A stretch of DNA of 62,334 bases, counting the filler, from Actinomycetota bacterium (lineage in GTDB: Bacteria > Actinomycetota > CADDZG01 > JAHWKV01 > JAOPZY01), in NCBI GenBank assembly GCA_025963875.1. It is 6 parts of 6 records of this genome, joined end to end, with 100 filler letters (N's around TTAATTAATTAA, not from the genome) between each part and the next. Parts side by side here need not be neighbours in the genome. Positions count along the whole stretch, not along the records: positions 46,742 to 53,650 come from JAOPZY010000232.1; positions 53,751 to 62,334 come from JAOPZY010000098.1; 4 more parts are not named here. One strand, 5' to 3'. The position numbers were made by a program, and so were the translations under genes. Positions 47,797 to 62,334 of the stretch are shown one piece after another; position 1 is the first letter of the stretch, and every line of letters starts with the position of its first letter. Below the pieces are notes generated by a model. It did not search any database. It was not told the origin of the DNA and was given only the letters and a program-made list of their open reading frames with translations.

Positions 47797-48382
47797 CCGG
47801 CCTATCTCGTGGGTGGCGCTCGATGCCATGGGGGTGATCTATGAGCAGCAGGGCGTGAGCGGGTTGCTGGCCGCCTTCGCCGGGCGGCTCGGGGTGGCGC
47901 TCGATTCCGGCGCGGCGAGGGATCTCTACCGTCAGGCCAGCCTCGGCAGGATGTCGTCGGCGGAGCTCTGGGAGGCGCTGGGCATCCCCGGGCCGGAGCG
48001 GGATGCCGAATTCCTCGCCGGCCGCGTGCTCATGCCGGGGGTCCGGGAGTTCCTCGTGGCGATGCAGCGGGAGGGGATCCGGGTCGGCTGCATCACCAAC
48101 GACGTTGCCGAGTGGTCGCTTCGCCAGCGCAGGCGCTACGGGCTGCAGGACACCATCGGGCCGTGGGTGGTCTCCGCCGAGGTCGGCGTGCGGAAGCCGG
48201 CCGCCGAGATCTACGAGCGGTTCCTCGCCGAGACGGGGTGCGACGCCGGGGAGTGTCTGTTCGTCGACGACACGGTCGAGAACCTGGACGCTGCCGCTGC
48301 GCTGGGGTTCCGTACCGTCCGGTTCCCGGGGAGCTTCGCCGACGTCGCGGACCTGATCACCGAGTTGCACACCGTGGCCTGA
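47789..48382 (+). CDS. HAD-superfamily hydrolase
   Basis: [24 protein letters not shown]. Confidence 0.85.
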   Translation: MPDRPISWVALDAMGVIYEQQGVSGLLAAFAGRLGVALDSGAARDLYRQASLGRMSSAELWEALGIPGPERDAEFLAGRVLMPGVREFLVAMQREGIRVGCITNDVAEWSLRQRRRYGLQDTIGPWVVSAEVGVRKPAAEIYERFLAETGCDAGECLFVDDTVENLDAAAALGFRTVRFPGSFADVADLITELHTVA

Positions 48383-48428
48383 CACACTGACAAGCCTGAG
48401 CTCTACCGACACGAAGGAGGCTGAACCC

Positions 48429-48539
48429 ATGGGAAGAGGCGACCGTCCCAAGACCCGTTGGAAGAAGGACCGGCAGCGGGCGAAGAAGCTGCGCGAGAAG
48501 CGCAAGGCCAAGGCGCGCTCCGAGGCCCGGAAGGCGTAG
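48429..48539 (+). CDS. 36-aa highly basic small protein (not in ORF track)
   Basis: AAGGAGG RBS; MGRGDRPKTRWKKDRQRAKKLREKRKAKARSEARKA; stop abuts the carB RBS. Confidence 0.7.
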   Translation: MGRGDRPKTRWKKDRQRAKKLREKRKAKARSEARKA

Positions 48540-48548
48540 AGGAGCCGC

Positions 48549-51835
<3,287 letters not shown>

Positions 51836-51839
<4 letters not shown>

Positions 51840-52681
51840 AGCACTACACCGGAGAGATCCTCTCGCACCGCAAGCACGGCGAGGAGTACCACTCGCTGAC
51901 GATTGTGGCGCCGGACATCGCTGAGGCGGCCCGGCCGGGCCAGTTCGTCAACCTCCGCCCGCCGCCCGACCGCTCGTTCATCCTGCGCCGCCCGTTCTCG
52001 ATCTGCCGGGTCAACCGTTCCAGCAGCTGGGCGGCCACCGTCGAGGTCATCTTCGACATCCGGGGGCCGGGCACGGCAGCGCTGGCCGCCATGAAATCGC
52101 ACGACCCCATCGACCTCATCGGCCCAGTCGGGCGTGGCTTCGTCGTCCCCAAGAACCGCCAGAACTGCCTCATGGTGGGCGGCGGTGTGGGGGCCACCCC
52201 GCTGTTCTTCCTCGGCGAGGAACTGCGGGCGGCGGGCAAGCGGGTGGACGTCCTGTGCGGCGCCGCCCGGGCGTCCCGGCTGGTGAACACCCTGGAGCTG
52301 AAGCGCCTGGGGGCCATCACCGAGTTCACCACCGACGACGGGAGCGTCGGCCATCACGGGTTGGTGACCGACCTGCTCCCGGCCATGATCGAACGCTGTG
52401 GCACCGAAGTGATCTACGCTTGCGGACCGCGGCCGATGCTGGCCGCGGTCACGGCCCTGGCCATCGAGCACCGGATTCCGGTGCAGGTGGCGCTGGAGGA
52501 GCAGATGGCGTGTGGGATGGGCATTTGCATGACCTGCGTGGCTCCCATCTACAACCGGGAGGGCACGGGGCTCATGAACGTCCGCACCTGTCTCGAAGGG
52601 CCGGTGTTCAACGGTGCCAGGGTTGCCTGGGACCGTTACGGTGCCGTCATCGACGAATGGGACGCCCCGCCTGGGAACTGA
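51836..52681 (+). CDS. pyrK: Dihydroorotate dehydrogenase electron-transfer subunit
   Basis: [35 protein letters not shown]. Confidence 0.93.
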
Positions 52682-52754
52682 GCCGGGGAGCGGCGTGCCT
52701 CTGGATTTCTCTGGAGCGTGAGCTAATGACCGCAATGCTAATGACCGGAATGCT

Positions 52755-53650
52755 ATGAGTGGGATGCGGAGTGGACCTGCTGTCCGCCAAGAGACGGAGA
52801 CGGTGCGGCAGATCGACCGCAACGCCGAGCCGCCGTCGCCCCCCGAGGGCCGGGTGCGCCGGGGCCCGGTGGATCTGTCGGTGGTGCTGGGCGGGGTGAC
52901 CCTGCGCAGCCCCATCGTGTCCGCGTCGGGTTGTTTCGGATCGGGCCGGGAGATCAGCGAGTTCTTCGATCTGCGCCAGCTCGGGGCCGTGACGGTGAAA
53001 TCGATGACCCTCGAGCCCTGGCAGGGCAAGCCGACGCCGCGCATGGTCGAGACGCCGTCGGGGATGCTGAACGCGATCGGGTTGCAGAACAAGGGCGTCG
53101 AATACTTCCTGCAGTACGACCTTCGCTGGCTGAACTCCGCCAAGGTCCCGGTCATCGCCTCGATCGCCGGCAACACCAAGGACGAGTTCGTCCGGGTGGC
53201 CGACCGCCTCCGGGGGGCACCGGGGGTCATCGCCATCGAGGCGAACATCTCGTGCCCGAACCTCGAGGACCGGGACAGCATGTTCTCGCACGACGCCAAG
53301 GCGACGGCGGGGATCATCACTGCCATCCGCCGGCAGGTGGAAGTGCCGCTGTTCGCGAAGCTGTCGCCCAACGTCACCAGCATCACCGAGATCGCCGGGG
53401 CCGCCATCGATTCCGGCGCGCAAGGCCTCAGCCTCATCAACACGGTGGTGGGGATGGCGATCGACATCGAGACCGGCAAGCCCGCCCTCGGCGGCGTCAT
53501 GGGTGGCCTGTCCGGGCCCGCCATCCGCCCGATCGCGGTCCGCGCCGTCTACGAGGTGCACCAGGCGTTCCCCGACACGCCGATCATCGGCATGGGCGGG
53601 GTCACGAACGCCCACGACGCCATCGAGATGCTCATGGCCGGCGCGACCGC
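52755..53650 (+). CDS. pyrD: Dihydroorotate dehydrogenase 1B catalytic subunit, 3'-truncated; start uncertain
   Basis: ASGCFG, MLNAIGLQN, NISCPN, KLSPN, GGLSGPAIRP. Confidence 0.94.
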
Positions 53651-53750
53651 NNNNNNNNNNNNNNNNNNNNNNNNNNNNNNNNNNNNNNNNNNNNTTAATT
53701 AATTAANNNNNNNNNNNNNNNNNNNNNNNNNNNNNNNNNNNNNNNNNNNN
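53651..53750. other. Artificial contig linker
   Basis: N runs around TTAATTAATTAA. Confidence 0.99.
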
Positions 53751-53813
53751 GGTGATCGTGCCCTCGACGTGGTATGACCCGTTATCTCCAAAGGTGATCG
53801 TTACGTCGGCCAC
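53751..53813 (-). CDS. N-terminus of a small protein, possibly CDGSH iron-sulfur family (3'-truncated)
   Basis: GAAAGGAG RBS then MADVTITFGDNGSYHVEGTIT. Confidence 0.5.
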
Positions 53814-53905
53814 GGTCAGACTCCTTTCGCTCGACTAACCTCCTCCCCACGACCGCCGGGGATGGGACGGAGGCAGACTATCTTGTTCCGCACGAGAGAG
53901 AGCCC

Positions 53906-54673
53906 GTGAGGATTGCAGGCAGGACCGCGATCATCACGGGCGGGGCCTCCGGCCTGGGGCGTGCGGCCGCGTGCGGCCTGCACGCTGTGGGCGCCTCGGT
54001 CGCCCTCGTCGATCTCCCGGGCGCGCGCGGGGAGGAGGCAGCCGCGGCGCTGGGCGACCGGGCCGGTTTCTTCCCCGCGGACGTGACCTCCGCCGACGGC
54101 CTCGCCGCGGCGCTGGCCGCCGCCGAGGAGGCGTTCGGTGCTATCGGCATCGCGGTCAACTGCGCGGGCGTGGCCACGATCGGAAGGGTCCTCGACAGGG
54201 AGGGCTCGCCGCTGCCGTTGGAACAGTTCGAGTCCGTCGTCCGCGTCAACCTGGTGGGCACGTTCAATGTGCTGCGCCTGGCCGCTGCCCGCATGGCCGT
54301 CCGGCCGCCCGAGGAGGGCGAGCGGGGCGTGATCGTGCTCACCGCCTCGGTGGCCGCGTTCGAGGGCCAGATCGGCCAGGCCGCCTACTCCGCCTCCAAG
54401 GGGGGCGTCGTGGCGCTCACCCTCACCGCCGCCCGGGACCTCGCCGCCGCCGGCATCAGGGTGGCCGGCATCGCCCCCGGGCTCTTCGACACGCCGATGC
54501 TGGCGATGCTGCCCGACGACGCAAGGCAGCGCCTCGGCGCCGGTGTCCCGCACCCCCGCCGCCTCGGGCGACCGGAGGAGTTCGCTGACCTCGTGCGCCA
54601 CATCGTGGAGAACCCCATGATCAACGGCGAGGTGATCCGTCTCGACGGGGCGCTCCGGATGCCCCCTCGTTGA
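53906..54673 (+). CDS. SDR, 3-hydroxyacyl-CoA dehydrogenase type II-like
   Basis: TGGASGLG, ASVAAFEGQIGQAAYSASKGG, IRLDGALRM. Confidence 0.92.
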   Translation: MRIAGRTAIITGGASGLGRAAACGLHAVGASVALVDLPGARGEEAAAALGDRAGFFPADVTSADGLAAALAAAEEAFGAIGIAVNCAGVATIGRVLDREGSPLPLEQFESVVRVNLVGTFNVLRLAAARMAVRPPEEGERGVIVLTASVAAFEGQIGQAAYSASKGGVVALTLTAARDLAAAGIRVAGIAPGLFDTPMLAMLPDDARQRLGAGVPHPRRLGRPEEFADLVRHIVENPMINGEVIRLDGALRMPPR

Positions 54674-56016
54674 GCCGGACCTCGACCCCCATGTCACGGG
54701 CGCTGCTCGTCGACCTCTACGAGCTCACGATGGCGGCGAGCTACCACGCCGAAGGCATGAACGGGGCGTCCACCTTCGAGCTGTTCATCCGGGAGCTGCC
54801 CCCCGTCCGCAACTACCTGGTTGCCTGCGGCCTGGAGGAGGCACTGGACTACCTCGTGGGTCTCCGGTTCACCAAGGGTGACCTGGCCTACCTGCAGACC
54901 CTCGACCTGTTCCAGCCCAGCTTCCTCGACTACCTGGGCGACCTCCGCTTCACGGGGGACGTCTGGGCGGTGCCCGAAGGCGAGGTGGTCTTCGCCACCG
55001 AGCCGGTGCTGAGGGTGGTCGGGCCCCTCATCGAGGCCCAGATCGTGGAGACGTTCCTCCTGAACTGCATCAACTTCTCGACAGCCGTCGCCTCCAAGGC
55101 TGCCAGGGTGGCGACGGTCTGCGACGGCCGGTCGTTCGTCGATTTCTCGGCCCGCCGGGACCATGGCGCCGACGCCGCCCTTCTCGCCGCCCGGGCCGCC
55201 TATCTCGGCGGCGCCGCTGCGACCTCGAACGTCCTGGCCGGCCAGAGCTTCGGCATCCCGCTCTCGGGGACGATGGGACACTCGTACGTCCTCGCCTTCC
55301 CCGACGAGGCCGCCGCCTTCCGTGCCTTCGCACGGCGCTTCCCCGCCGGGGCCGTCCTGCTGATCGACACCTTCGACACCGTCCGAGGCGCCCGGACGGC
55401 CGCTGCGGTGGCCGGGGAACTCGCCGCAGAGGGCGTCGTCGTGCGGGGGGTGAGGATCGACTCCGGCGACCTCGCCGCCCTGGCGGTCGCAGTCCGGGCG
55501 ATCCTGGACGAGGCGGGCCTGCCCGGCCTCGAGATCTTCGCCTCGGGCGACCTCGACGAGTACCGGATCGCAGCGTTGCTCGACTCGGGTGCCCCGATCG
55601 ACGGCTTTGGGGTCGGCACGCAGCTCGGCACCAGTGGGGACGCCCCGGCCCTCGGCGGCGTCTACAAGCTGGTGGAGGACCTGTCGGGGCCAAAGTCGAA
55701 GACATCGACCGGCAAGGCCACGCTCCCGGCCGTGAAGCAGGTGTACCGCCTCGACGAAGGTGGCCCGGGGGCTCGGGACCTCATCGCCCCCGCCACGGCA
55801 CCTGCCCCACCGGGGGGCCGGCCGCTCCTGGCGCCGGTGATGGAGCGGGGTCGCCGCCTCGGCCCGCCCCCGGCGCTGGCGGACGGGCGCGCCAGGTGCC
55901 GGGCAGCGCTCAGTGCGCTCCCGTCACGTGTGCGGTCGCTGGAGCCGGCGCGGCCGGGCTACGAGGTGGAAGTTGCCGCGGAGTTAAAAGTGCGGAGGCC
56001 AGATCCGCCCGTGTAG
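54670..56016 (+). CDS. pncB: Nicotinate phosphoribosyltransferase
   Basis: LLVDLYELTM, DFSARR, GTMGHS, LIDTFD, RIDSGDL, FGVGT, GGVYKL. Confidence 0.93.
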   Translation: MSRTSTPMSRALLVDLYELTMAASYHAEGMNGASTFELFIRELPPVRNYLVACGLEEALDYLVGLRFTKGDLAYLQTLDLFQPSFLDYLGDLRFTGDVWAVPEGEVVFATEPVLRVVGPLIEAQIVETFLLNCINFSTAVASKAARVATVCDGRSFVDFSARRDHGADAALLAARAAYLGGAAATSNVLAGQSFGIPLSGTMGHSYVLAFPDEAAAFRAFARRFPAGAVLLIDTFDTVRGARTAAAVAGELAAEGVVVRGVRIDSGDLAALAVAVRAILDEAGLPGLEIFASGDLDEYRIAALLDSGAPIDGFGVGTQLGTSGDAPALGGVYKLVEDLSGPKSKTSTGKATLPAVKQVYRLDEGGPGARDLIAPATAPAPPGGRPLLAPVMERGRRLGPPPALADGRARCRAALSALPSRVRSLEPARPGYEVEVAAELKVRRPDPPV

Positions 56017-56031
56017 AGGGGGACTGTAAAG

Positions 56032-56694
56032 TTACTGGACCATGCCCTTGCGCAGTGCCAGGGCGACGGCATCCGTGCGGTCGGCGGCACCCATCTTCGT
56101 GAAGATGTGGGAGATGTGGGTCTTCACCGTCTGGGCGCCGATGCCGAGCTCCTTGGCGATCTCCTTGTTGGTCTTGCCGTAGGCCAGCAGCTGCAGGACG
56201 TCGTGCTCACGCTGGGACAGCGCCTCGGCCCCCCGGCCCTTGGGCTCGCTCATACCGGCGAAGCCGTCCAGGAGGTGGCGGGTGATGGAGGGGTGCAGCG
56301 CCGCCTTGCCTTCGGCGACGGTCATGATGCCCTTGATGAGCTCCTCTGCCGACGCAGTCTTCAGCAGGTAGCCGCTGGCCCCGGCGAGCACCGCCCGGTG
56401 GACGTAGGCCTCCTCGTCGTGGACCGTGAAGATCAGGGACTTGACGCCAGGGTGACGGTCACGGATGCGGCGCACGGCCTCGAGCCCGTCGAGCTTGGGC
56501 ATGCCGACGTCGACGACGACCACATCGGGATCCATCAGGTCGACGAGATCGAGCAGCTCCTGCCCGTTGGCGGCCTCCGCGACCACATCCACCTCGTCGG
56601 AATTCTCGAGGATCAGGCGGAGTCCCCTGCGGATCATGGGGTGGTCATCGGCGAGGACGACTCGAACCGGACGTGTGACGAGCATGGTCTCCAT
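56032..56694 (-). CDS. NarL/LuxR response regulator
   Basis: LADDH, DVGMP, LSQREHDVL..TVKTH. Confidence 0.94.
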   Translation of the reverse strand: METMLVTRPVRVVLADDHPMIRRGLRLILENSDEVDVVAEAANGQELLDLVDLMDPDVVVVDVGMPKLDGLEAVRRIRDRHPGVKSLIFTVHDEEAYVHRAVLAGASGYLLKTASAEELIKGIMTVAEGKAALHPSITRHLLDGFAGMSEPKGRGAEALSQREHDVLQLLAYGKTNKEIAKELGIGAQTVKTHISHIFTKMGAADRTDAVALALRKGMVQ

Positions 56695-56763
56695 GGCTTC
56701 ATTGTCGGTAGATGGGGCCGAGACCTTTACCGAAGGTGGCGGCGTTGGGGCACAACGGCTACT

Positions 56764-57891
56764 TCATCGCATCGGGATGGATGTGACATCCAGGAGATCA
56801 GCGGCCTGGGAAACCCCTGATCTCCGCCAGCTCCGCTTGTGCTGCCAGATCAGGTAGGTGAAGGCCCCGAGGGGAATCTGGATCCCGTACGTCAACGTAC
56901 GGAACAGCAGCGTCGCCGCCGTGACCTGCGCCCGGAACTGGGGGGCGGCGACGCCGGCGTGGGCGTGACCGGCGGCGTACAGACCGCCGATCAGCGCCAG
57001 CTCGACGACGCCGAGGCCACCGGGCGTGACCGGCACCGCCGAGAGCAGGCGGGCGAAGGCGAAGACGGCGAGCACCTGCGCCCAGCTCACCTCCCGCGCC
57101 GACACCCCGAGCGCCCGCAGCGCGACCAGCAGCACCGCGTAGAGCCCGAGATGGCTGACCACCGTGGTCACCGTCAGGGGGATCCAACGCCGGGCGAGCA
57201 GGTGAATCGTCTGGTCGCGGAACCGCACGGCCGCGTTGGCCCAGTCGTTGGCCCGCGGCCGGTGCACGAGGCGGCCCAGGAACGAACGGGCCCGCCCCGC
57301 TCCGTTGCCGATCCCGTGGGCGAAGGACGGTCGCCACAGCGCCAGGGCGAACAGCACGAGGCTGCCGGCCAGGATCCCGAGGCCCGCCGCGGCGGGGGCG
57401 ATCATGGCACCGGTGGCCTCGCCGGTGATGGCGAGCAGGCCCAGCGCCGCCACCGGAAGGGCCAGCTTCATGAAGCTGTTCCAGACGCCCGTGGTCGAGA
57501 TGAGCAGGCCGATCTCGGGGCCGGTGAAGCCCCAGGACCGGAACATCGCGACGGCGACGCCGACCGCGATGGCTCCCCCGCCGGGCAGGATGTTCGCCAC
57601 GGTCGTCGAGGACTGGTTGTTGACCGCCGCCTGCGCGAGGGTCAGCCCCGGCATGGCCGCCACCATCTGCGCCCAGTAGGTGAAGAGGTTGAAGACGGAC
57701 GCCGCGGCGATCACCGCCACCTGCGGCCCGCGCAGGGTGGTGAGGGTCCGCCAGACCGAGGAGTAGCTCGCGATCTGCGGCAGGACGAGCACGAAGATCG
57801 CCGCGACGACGCCGAGCGACAGGGCGCCCTGGGCCACCCGGAGCCAGCCCGGGCGCCGGCGAGCCGTATGCCCGGGATCCGCGAAGTCCAT
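56764..57891 (-). CDS. Lysylphosphatidylglycerol-synthase TM / UPF0104 flippase-like protein
   Basis: ANILPGGG, PVTPGGLGVVE, LLFRTLTY; multiple TMs. Confidence 0.82.
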   Translation of the reverse strand: MDFADPGHTARRRPGWLRVAQGALSLGVVAAIFVLVLPQIASYSSVWRTLTTLRGPQVAVIAAASVFNLFTYWAQMVAAMPGLTLAQAAVNNQSSTTVANILPGGGAIAVGVAVAMFRSWGFTGPEIGLLISTTGVWNSFMKLALPVAALGLLAITGEATGAMIAPAAAGLGILAGSLVLFALALWRPSFAHGIGNGAGRARSFLGRLVHRPRANDWANAAVRFRDQTIHLLARRWIPLTVTTVVSHLGLYAVLLVALRALGVSAREVSWAQVLAVFAFARLLSAVPVTPGGLGVVELALIGGLYAAGHAHAGVAAPQFRAQVTAATLLFRTLTYGIQIPLGAFTYLIWQHKRSWRRSGVSQAADLLDVTSIPMR

Positions 57892-57970
57892 CGGCGACCC
57901 TTCCGCTGGGTCTTCTTGGAAAATCAACTGTAGACCGGTTGGACACAATGTGCTGAACGACTCGAACGGA

Positions 57971-58375
57971 TCAGTCCGGCTCCCACTCCCAGGCCAGGGC
58001 CGACGCCTCGGCGAGCCGTTCGTTCAGCTGGTCGTAGGAGAACGGCTTGGCAAGGCAGCAACAGCCGAGCTCCTTGGCACGGGCCGCCACCGCGTCGTCC
58101 TCGTAGCCCGAGATCAGGACCACGGGGAGATGAGCGAAGCGCTCGTCGTGGCGCATGATCTCCAGCAGCCACGATCCGTCCCTGCCGGGCAGCCGCTGGT
58201 CGACCACTGCCATGGCGGGGGCCTCGGCGACGACGATGCGCCATCCCTCCTCCGCCGTCTCCGCGTGAAAACAGGTGATGCCCTGCAGCTCGAGGAAATA
58301 GGCCACCATGCCGGCGACCGTCAGGTCGTCCTCCACCACAACCGCCTTCGGCTTCGGCCTCGGGAAGGACGTCAT
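57971..58375 (-). CDS. Single-domain response regulator
   Basis: VVEDD, VVDQRLPGRDG, ISG, AKPF. Confidence 0.88.
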   Translation of the reverse strand: MTSFPRPKPKAVVVEDDLTVAGMVAYFLELQGITCFHAETAEEGWRIVVAEAPAMAVVDQRLPGRDGSWLLEIMRHDERFAHLPVVLISGYEDDAVAARAKELGCCCLAKPFSYDQLNERLAEASALAWEWEPD

Positions 58376-58406
58376 GGGCGCATGCATCGCGCTGCGTGGT
58401 CCGGCA

Positions 58407-59696
58407 TCAGGTTCCCGGTGCCGCCAGCGTGTCCCCGAGCGCCGGCGCCGGTTGCTTCCACAGACGCCGGGTCGACAGTGCCCACACCGCTGCGTACGCC
58501 ACCGTCAGGCCCGACAGCACCTCGACGACCGCGCGCGGGTTGACCACCTCGGCCGCCCGTCCGGCGGCGAGGAGGCTGGCCGACATCGACAGCGTGACCA
58601 GGCCCAGCTCGAACGCCATGATCCTGCCGCGGACCCGGTCGGGCGTGATCTGCTGAAGGCCGTAGCTCGTCATCGTGTACTGCGTGCCGCCGCCCAGGTG
58701 GGCGACGAGCACGATGCCCGCGGCCGCCCAGAGCCCCGGCGCTGCCGGAAAGAGGGCGTAAGCGCCGCCGAAGAGGGCCATGGCCGCCGCGATGGCGGGG
58801 AAGAGGCGCCGCAGGTCTGCCCCGACGAGGACCCTCGCCCCGAACGGGCCCAGCAGCGATCCGAGGCCCCGGGCGGCGTAGAGAACGCCGATGGCAGCCT
58901 CGGGCGATCCGCCGGGGCCCTGACCGGCGAAGATCCGGGCGGCGAAGACCGGGAGGAGCCCGATCATCCCCGTGCCCAGCCCGAACCCGACCTTCTGGGC
59001 CAGCAGCGCCATCACCCGTGGGTCGGCTCTCGCCCACGCCGCGCCCTCCCGCAGGTCCCGGACTGGCCGCAGGCGGCGGCGACGCTCCCCGGGGAGGCCG
59101 AGGGGTCCGAGCGGTGCCCGGACGCCGAGGATGAGGCCGGCCGAGATGAAGAACGAAGCTGCGTTGGCAACGAAGGCGGCGTCCCGGCCGAGCAGGCCGG
59201 CGACCAGGCCCCCGGCCGCGGCGCCCACCGCCGCCATGACCCCCCAGGTCGACGCCATGAGCACGTTGGCGGCACCGAGCTGGTCGCCCTCCACGATGTT
59301 GGGGAGCCCCGAGCGGGACGCAGGGTCGAAGAACGCCCCCGTGGCGGCGATGCCCGCCATGGCCGCGAGCCCCAGCCAGACGCTGCCCGGTGAGCGGACA
59401 GCGAGCATCGCCAGGGCCAGCACCGCGGCGATCAGGTTGGCCCCGAGCATGAGCCGCCGCCGGTCGAACCGGTCGGCCACCACCCCGGCCACCGGCGACA
59501 GCAGGAACTGCGGAAGCAGGCTGGCGGCCAGCACCGCCCCGCCGTAGAAGCTGGAGCCCGTGAGGTGCAGCAACAGACCGGTCAGGGCGACCACGTTGAA
59601 CCAGTCTCCTCCCAGCGAGATGAGCTGGGCAATCCACAGCCGGCGGAAGCTCGGGTTGGACGCCAGCAGCCGGAAGTACACGCCGCGCCGTCGCAT
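58407..59696 (-). CDS. MFS transporter (H+ antiporter type)
   Basis: FRRLWIAQLISLGGDW, GVVADRFDRRRLM, RGRIMA. Confidence 0.9.
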   Translation of the reverse strand: MRRRGVYFRLLASNPSFRRLWIAQLISLGGDWFNVVALTGLLLHLTGSSFYGGAVLAASLLPQFLLSPVAGVVADRFDRRRLMLGANLIAAVLALAMLAVRSPGSVWLGLAAMAGIAATGAFFDPASRSGLPNIVEGDQLGAANVLMASTWGVMAAVGAAAGGLVAGLLGRDAAFVANAASFFISAGLILGVRAPLGPLGLPGERRRRLRPVRDLREGAAWARADPRVMALLAQKVGFGLGTGMIGLLPVFAARIFAGQGPGGSPEAAIGVLYAARGLGSLLGPFGARVLVGADLRRLFPAIAAAMALFGGAYALFPAAPGLWAAAGIVLVAHLGGGTQYTMTSYGLQQITPDRVRGRIMAFELGLVTLSMSASLLAAGRAAEVVNPRAVVEVLSGLTVAYAAVWALSTRRLWKQPAPALGDTLAAPGT

Positions 59697-59782
59697 CCCC
59701 CCAGCTTTCCAGATACTGCCCCAAGAGGGTTGCCATCCTGATCGAAGTGAGCAAATCGCGTGGATAGGGGTGAAAAACCCCC

Positions 59783-61036
59783 TTAGTTCGGCAGAGCGAG
59801 GTCCTCCAGCTCCCGCCCGGCTGTCTCCGGCAGGCGGTTGAGCAGGACGGCGGCGGGAATGAGGGCCAGGCCGGCCAGCGCCAGGGCGTTGCCGTAGCTC
59901 CCGATCAGCCCTGTATGGGCGGCGAGCCTCGGGACCAGGAAGAGGCCCGCGCTCGCCCCGAGGGTCCCGAAGAAGGACCGGGCGATCGCCAGCGCCGTCG
60001 CCCGGATCTCCGTGGCGAACAACTCCGACGACACCGCGTTGATCACCGGTGTGCCGCCGAGGCCGAAGAACACCGCACCGGCCAGCGCCGCCAGCATCGG
60101 GCCACGACCATGGACCTGGAAGGCGGCGATGCCGAAGGCGGTGCCGGCAAGCATGAACAGCGTCCCGGTCCGCCGCCGTCCCCAGCGGTCCTGCAGCCGC
60201 CCGGCCAGCACGTACCCCGGCAGGCCGATGACGACGGCCGCAGCGAGGAAGGCGTTGGCGGTGTTGGCGGGGAGACCACGCTCGCTGCGGGCGAACAGTG
60301 TCCAGTAGGCGGCCCCGGACAGCACCGCGAAGTTGAAGCAGAAGAGCATGCCGCTCACGGTGAGCAACCGCCGCCGGTAGGCCCCGGCGAGGACGAGGCG
60401 GACCGGCGTCCGGCGCAGGCGCTCTCCCCGTGCCTTCGCCTCGAGCCAGCGCCGGCTCTCCCGCAACCGTGTCCGCAGCGGGGCGGCCGCCACCAGCGGG
60501 ATGGCCCCGAGGAGGTAGAGCCCTCGCCACCCGAGCGAGGTGTGGGCGACGAAGCGGTACGCGACCACGACCGCGATGAGGCCGAAGGCCCCGAGGAGCG
60601 AGAGGGAGCCGATGATCCGCCCCCGCCGACCGGCGGGGAACTCCTCGGTGGCGATGGTGATCGCCACGGCGAGCTCGCTCACCAGGAACATCCGGGCGAG
60701 GAACTGGATCGCGGTGAACGTCGCCACGCTGTGGGCGGCGGCAGTCAGCCCGGTGAAGAGGGCATAGAGGAGCGTCGTGGCGATGAGCAGGGGCCGGCGC
60801 CCCACCCGATCGCCGATGGCGATGACGAACAGCGCGAAGAGCGCCCCCAGGTTGACGATGGAGACCGGGCTGCCCAGGAGGTCGTTCGGCACGTGGAAGT
60901 CGCGGGCGAGGTCGGGAATGACGACCGCCGCGATCCCGGTGTCGTACCCTTCGAAGAACGTGGCGGTGCCGAGGAGCACCATCAGCAGCCGGAGGTAGGA
61001 GCGGTCGGCGGGTGGCGCAGCGGCCTGGTCGCTCAC
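59783..61036 (-). CDS. MFS transporter
   Basis: FFEGYD, GDRVGRR, DRWGRR, SELFATEIRA, LPETAG. Confidence 0.9.
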   Translation of the reverse strand: MSDQAAAPPADRSYLRLLMVLLGTATFFEGYDTGIAAVVIPDLARDFHVPNDLLGSPVSIVNLGALFALFVIAIGDRVGRRPLLIATTLLYALFTGLTAAAHSVATFTAIQFLARMFLVSELAVAITIATEEFPAGRRGRIIGSLSLLGAFGLIAVVVAYRFVAHTSLGWRGLYLLGAIPLVAAAPLRTRLRESRRWLEAKARGERLRRTPVRLVLAGAYRRRLLTVSGMLFCFNFAVLSGAAYWTLFARSERGLPANTANAFLAAAVVIGLPGYVLAGRLQDRWGRRRTGTLFMLAGTAFGIAAFQVHGRGPMLAALAGAVFFGLGGTPVINAVSSELFATEIRATALAIARSFFGTLGASAGLFLVPRLAAHTGLIGSYGNALALAGLALIPAAVLLNRLPETAGRELEDLALPN

Positions 61037-61160
61037 AGCCGCGATTGTTCCACGCCCGTTGCACGACCGAGCGGCAACCCTGCGCGATCATGACCTCCCG
61101 AGGCGCCCCTCAAGGCGCCGGGCACAAAGGCGGGGGGCCGACCAGCGGAGGTGTGACCCG

Positions 61161-62334
<1,174 letters not shown>

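Overview
High-GC bacterial DNA, most likely an Actinomycetota draft genome or MAG (kgd-type 2-oxoglutarate enzyme, actinobacterial 'phosphatase' family, many leaderless TANNNT-N6/7-start genes). The window is six unrelated contigs joined by 100-nt N/TTAATTAATTAA linkers (1-7412, 7513-28401, 28502-35241, 35342-46641, 46742-53650, 53751-62334), so neighbourhood arguments hold only within a contig. Content is mostly housekeeping and accessory metabolism: a patatin/DUF3376 protein, an IS200/IS605 tnpB with intact right end, kgd, HtrA, split XdhC, two-component systems, a csoR-copA copper locus, a GH16, a surface-glycosylation cluster with three GT-C/YfhO proteins, carA-carB-pyrK-pyrD, pncB, MFS transporters and a GabT-like aminotransferase. 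Main observations: (1) a rhodanese-CBS gene with an in-frame TGA at the catalytic-loop Cys position followed by a SECIS-like hairpin, probably a selenoprotein that the ORF track splits; (2) a set of 49-53-nt palindromes with a central TA that flank or precede two AbiEi/DUF559 nuclease-like genes and also occur dispersed, one of them in-frame inside a CDS, suggesting a REP-like repeat plus nuclease system; (3) a multi-stem riboswitch-like leader before the GH16; (4) a CopA with a fused C-terminal cupredoxin; (5) an unannotated 36-aa Arg/Lys-rich ORF coupled to carB. All family calls come from motif recognition by eye; no searches were run.
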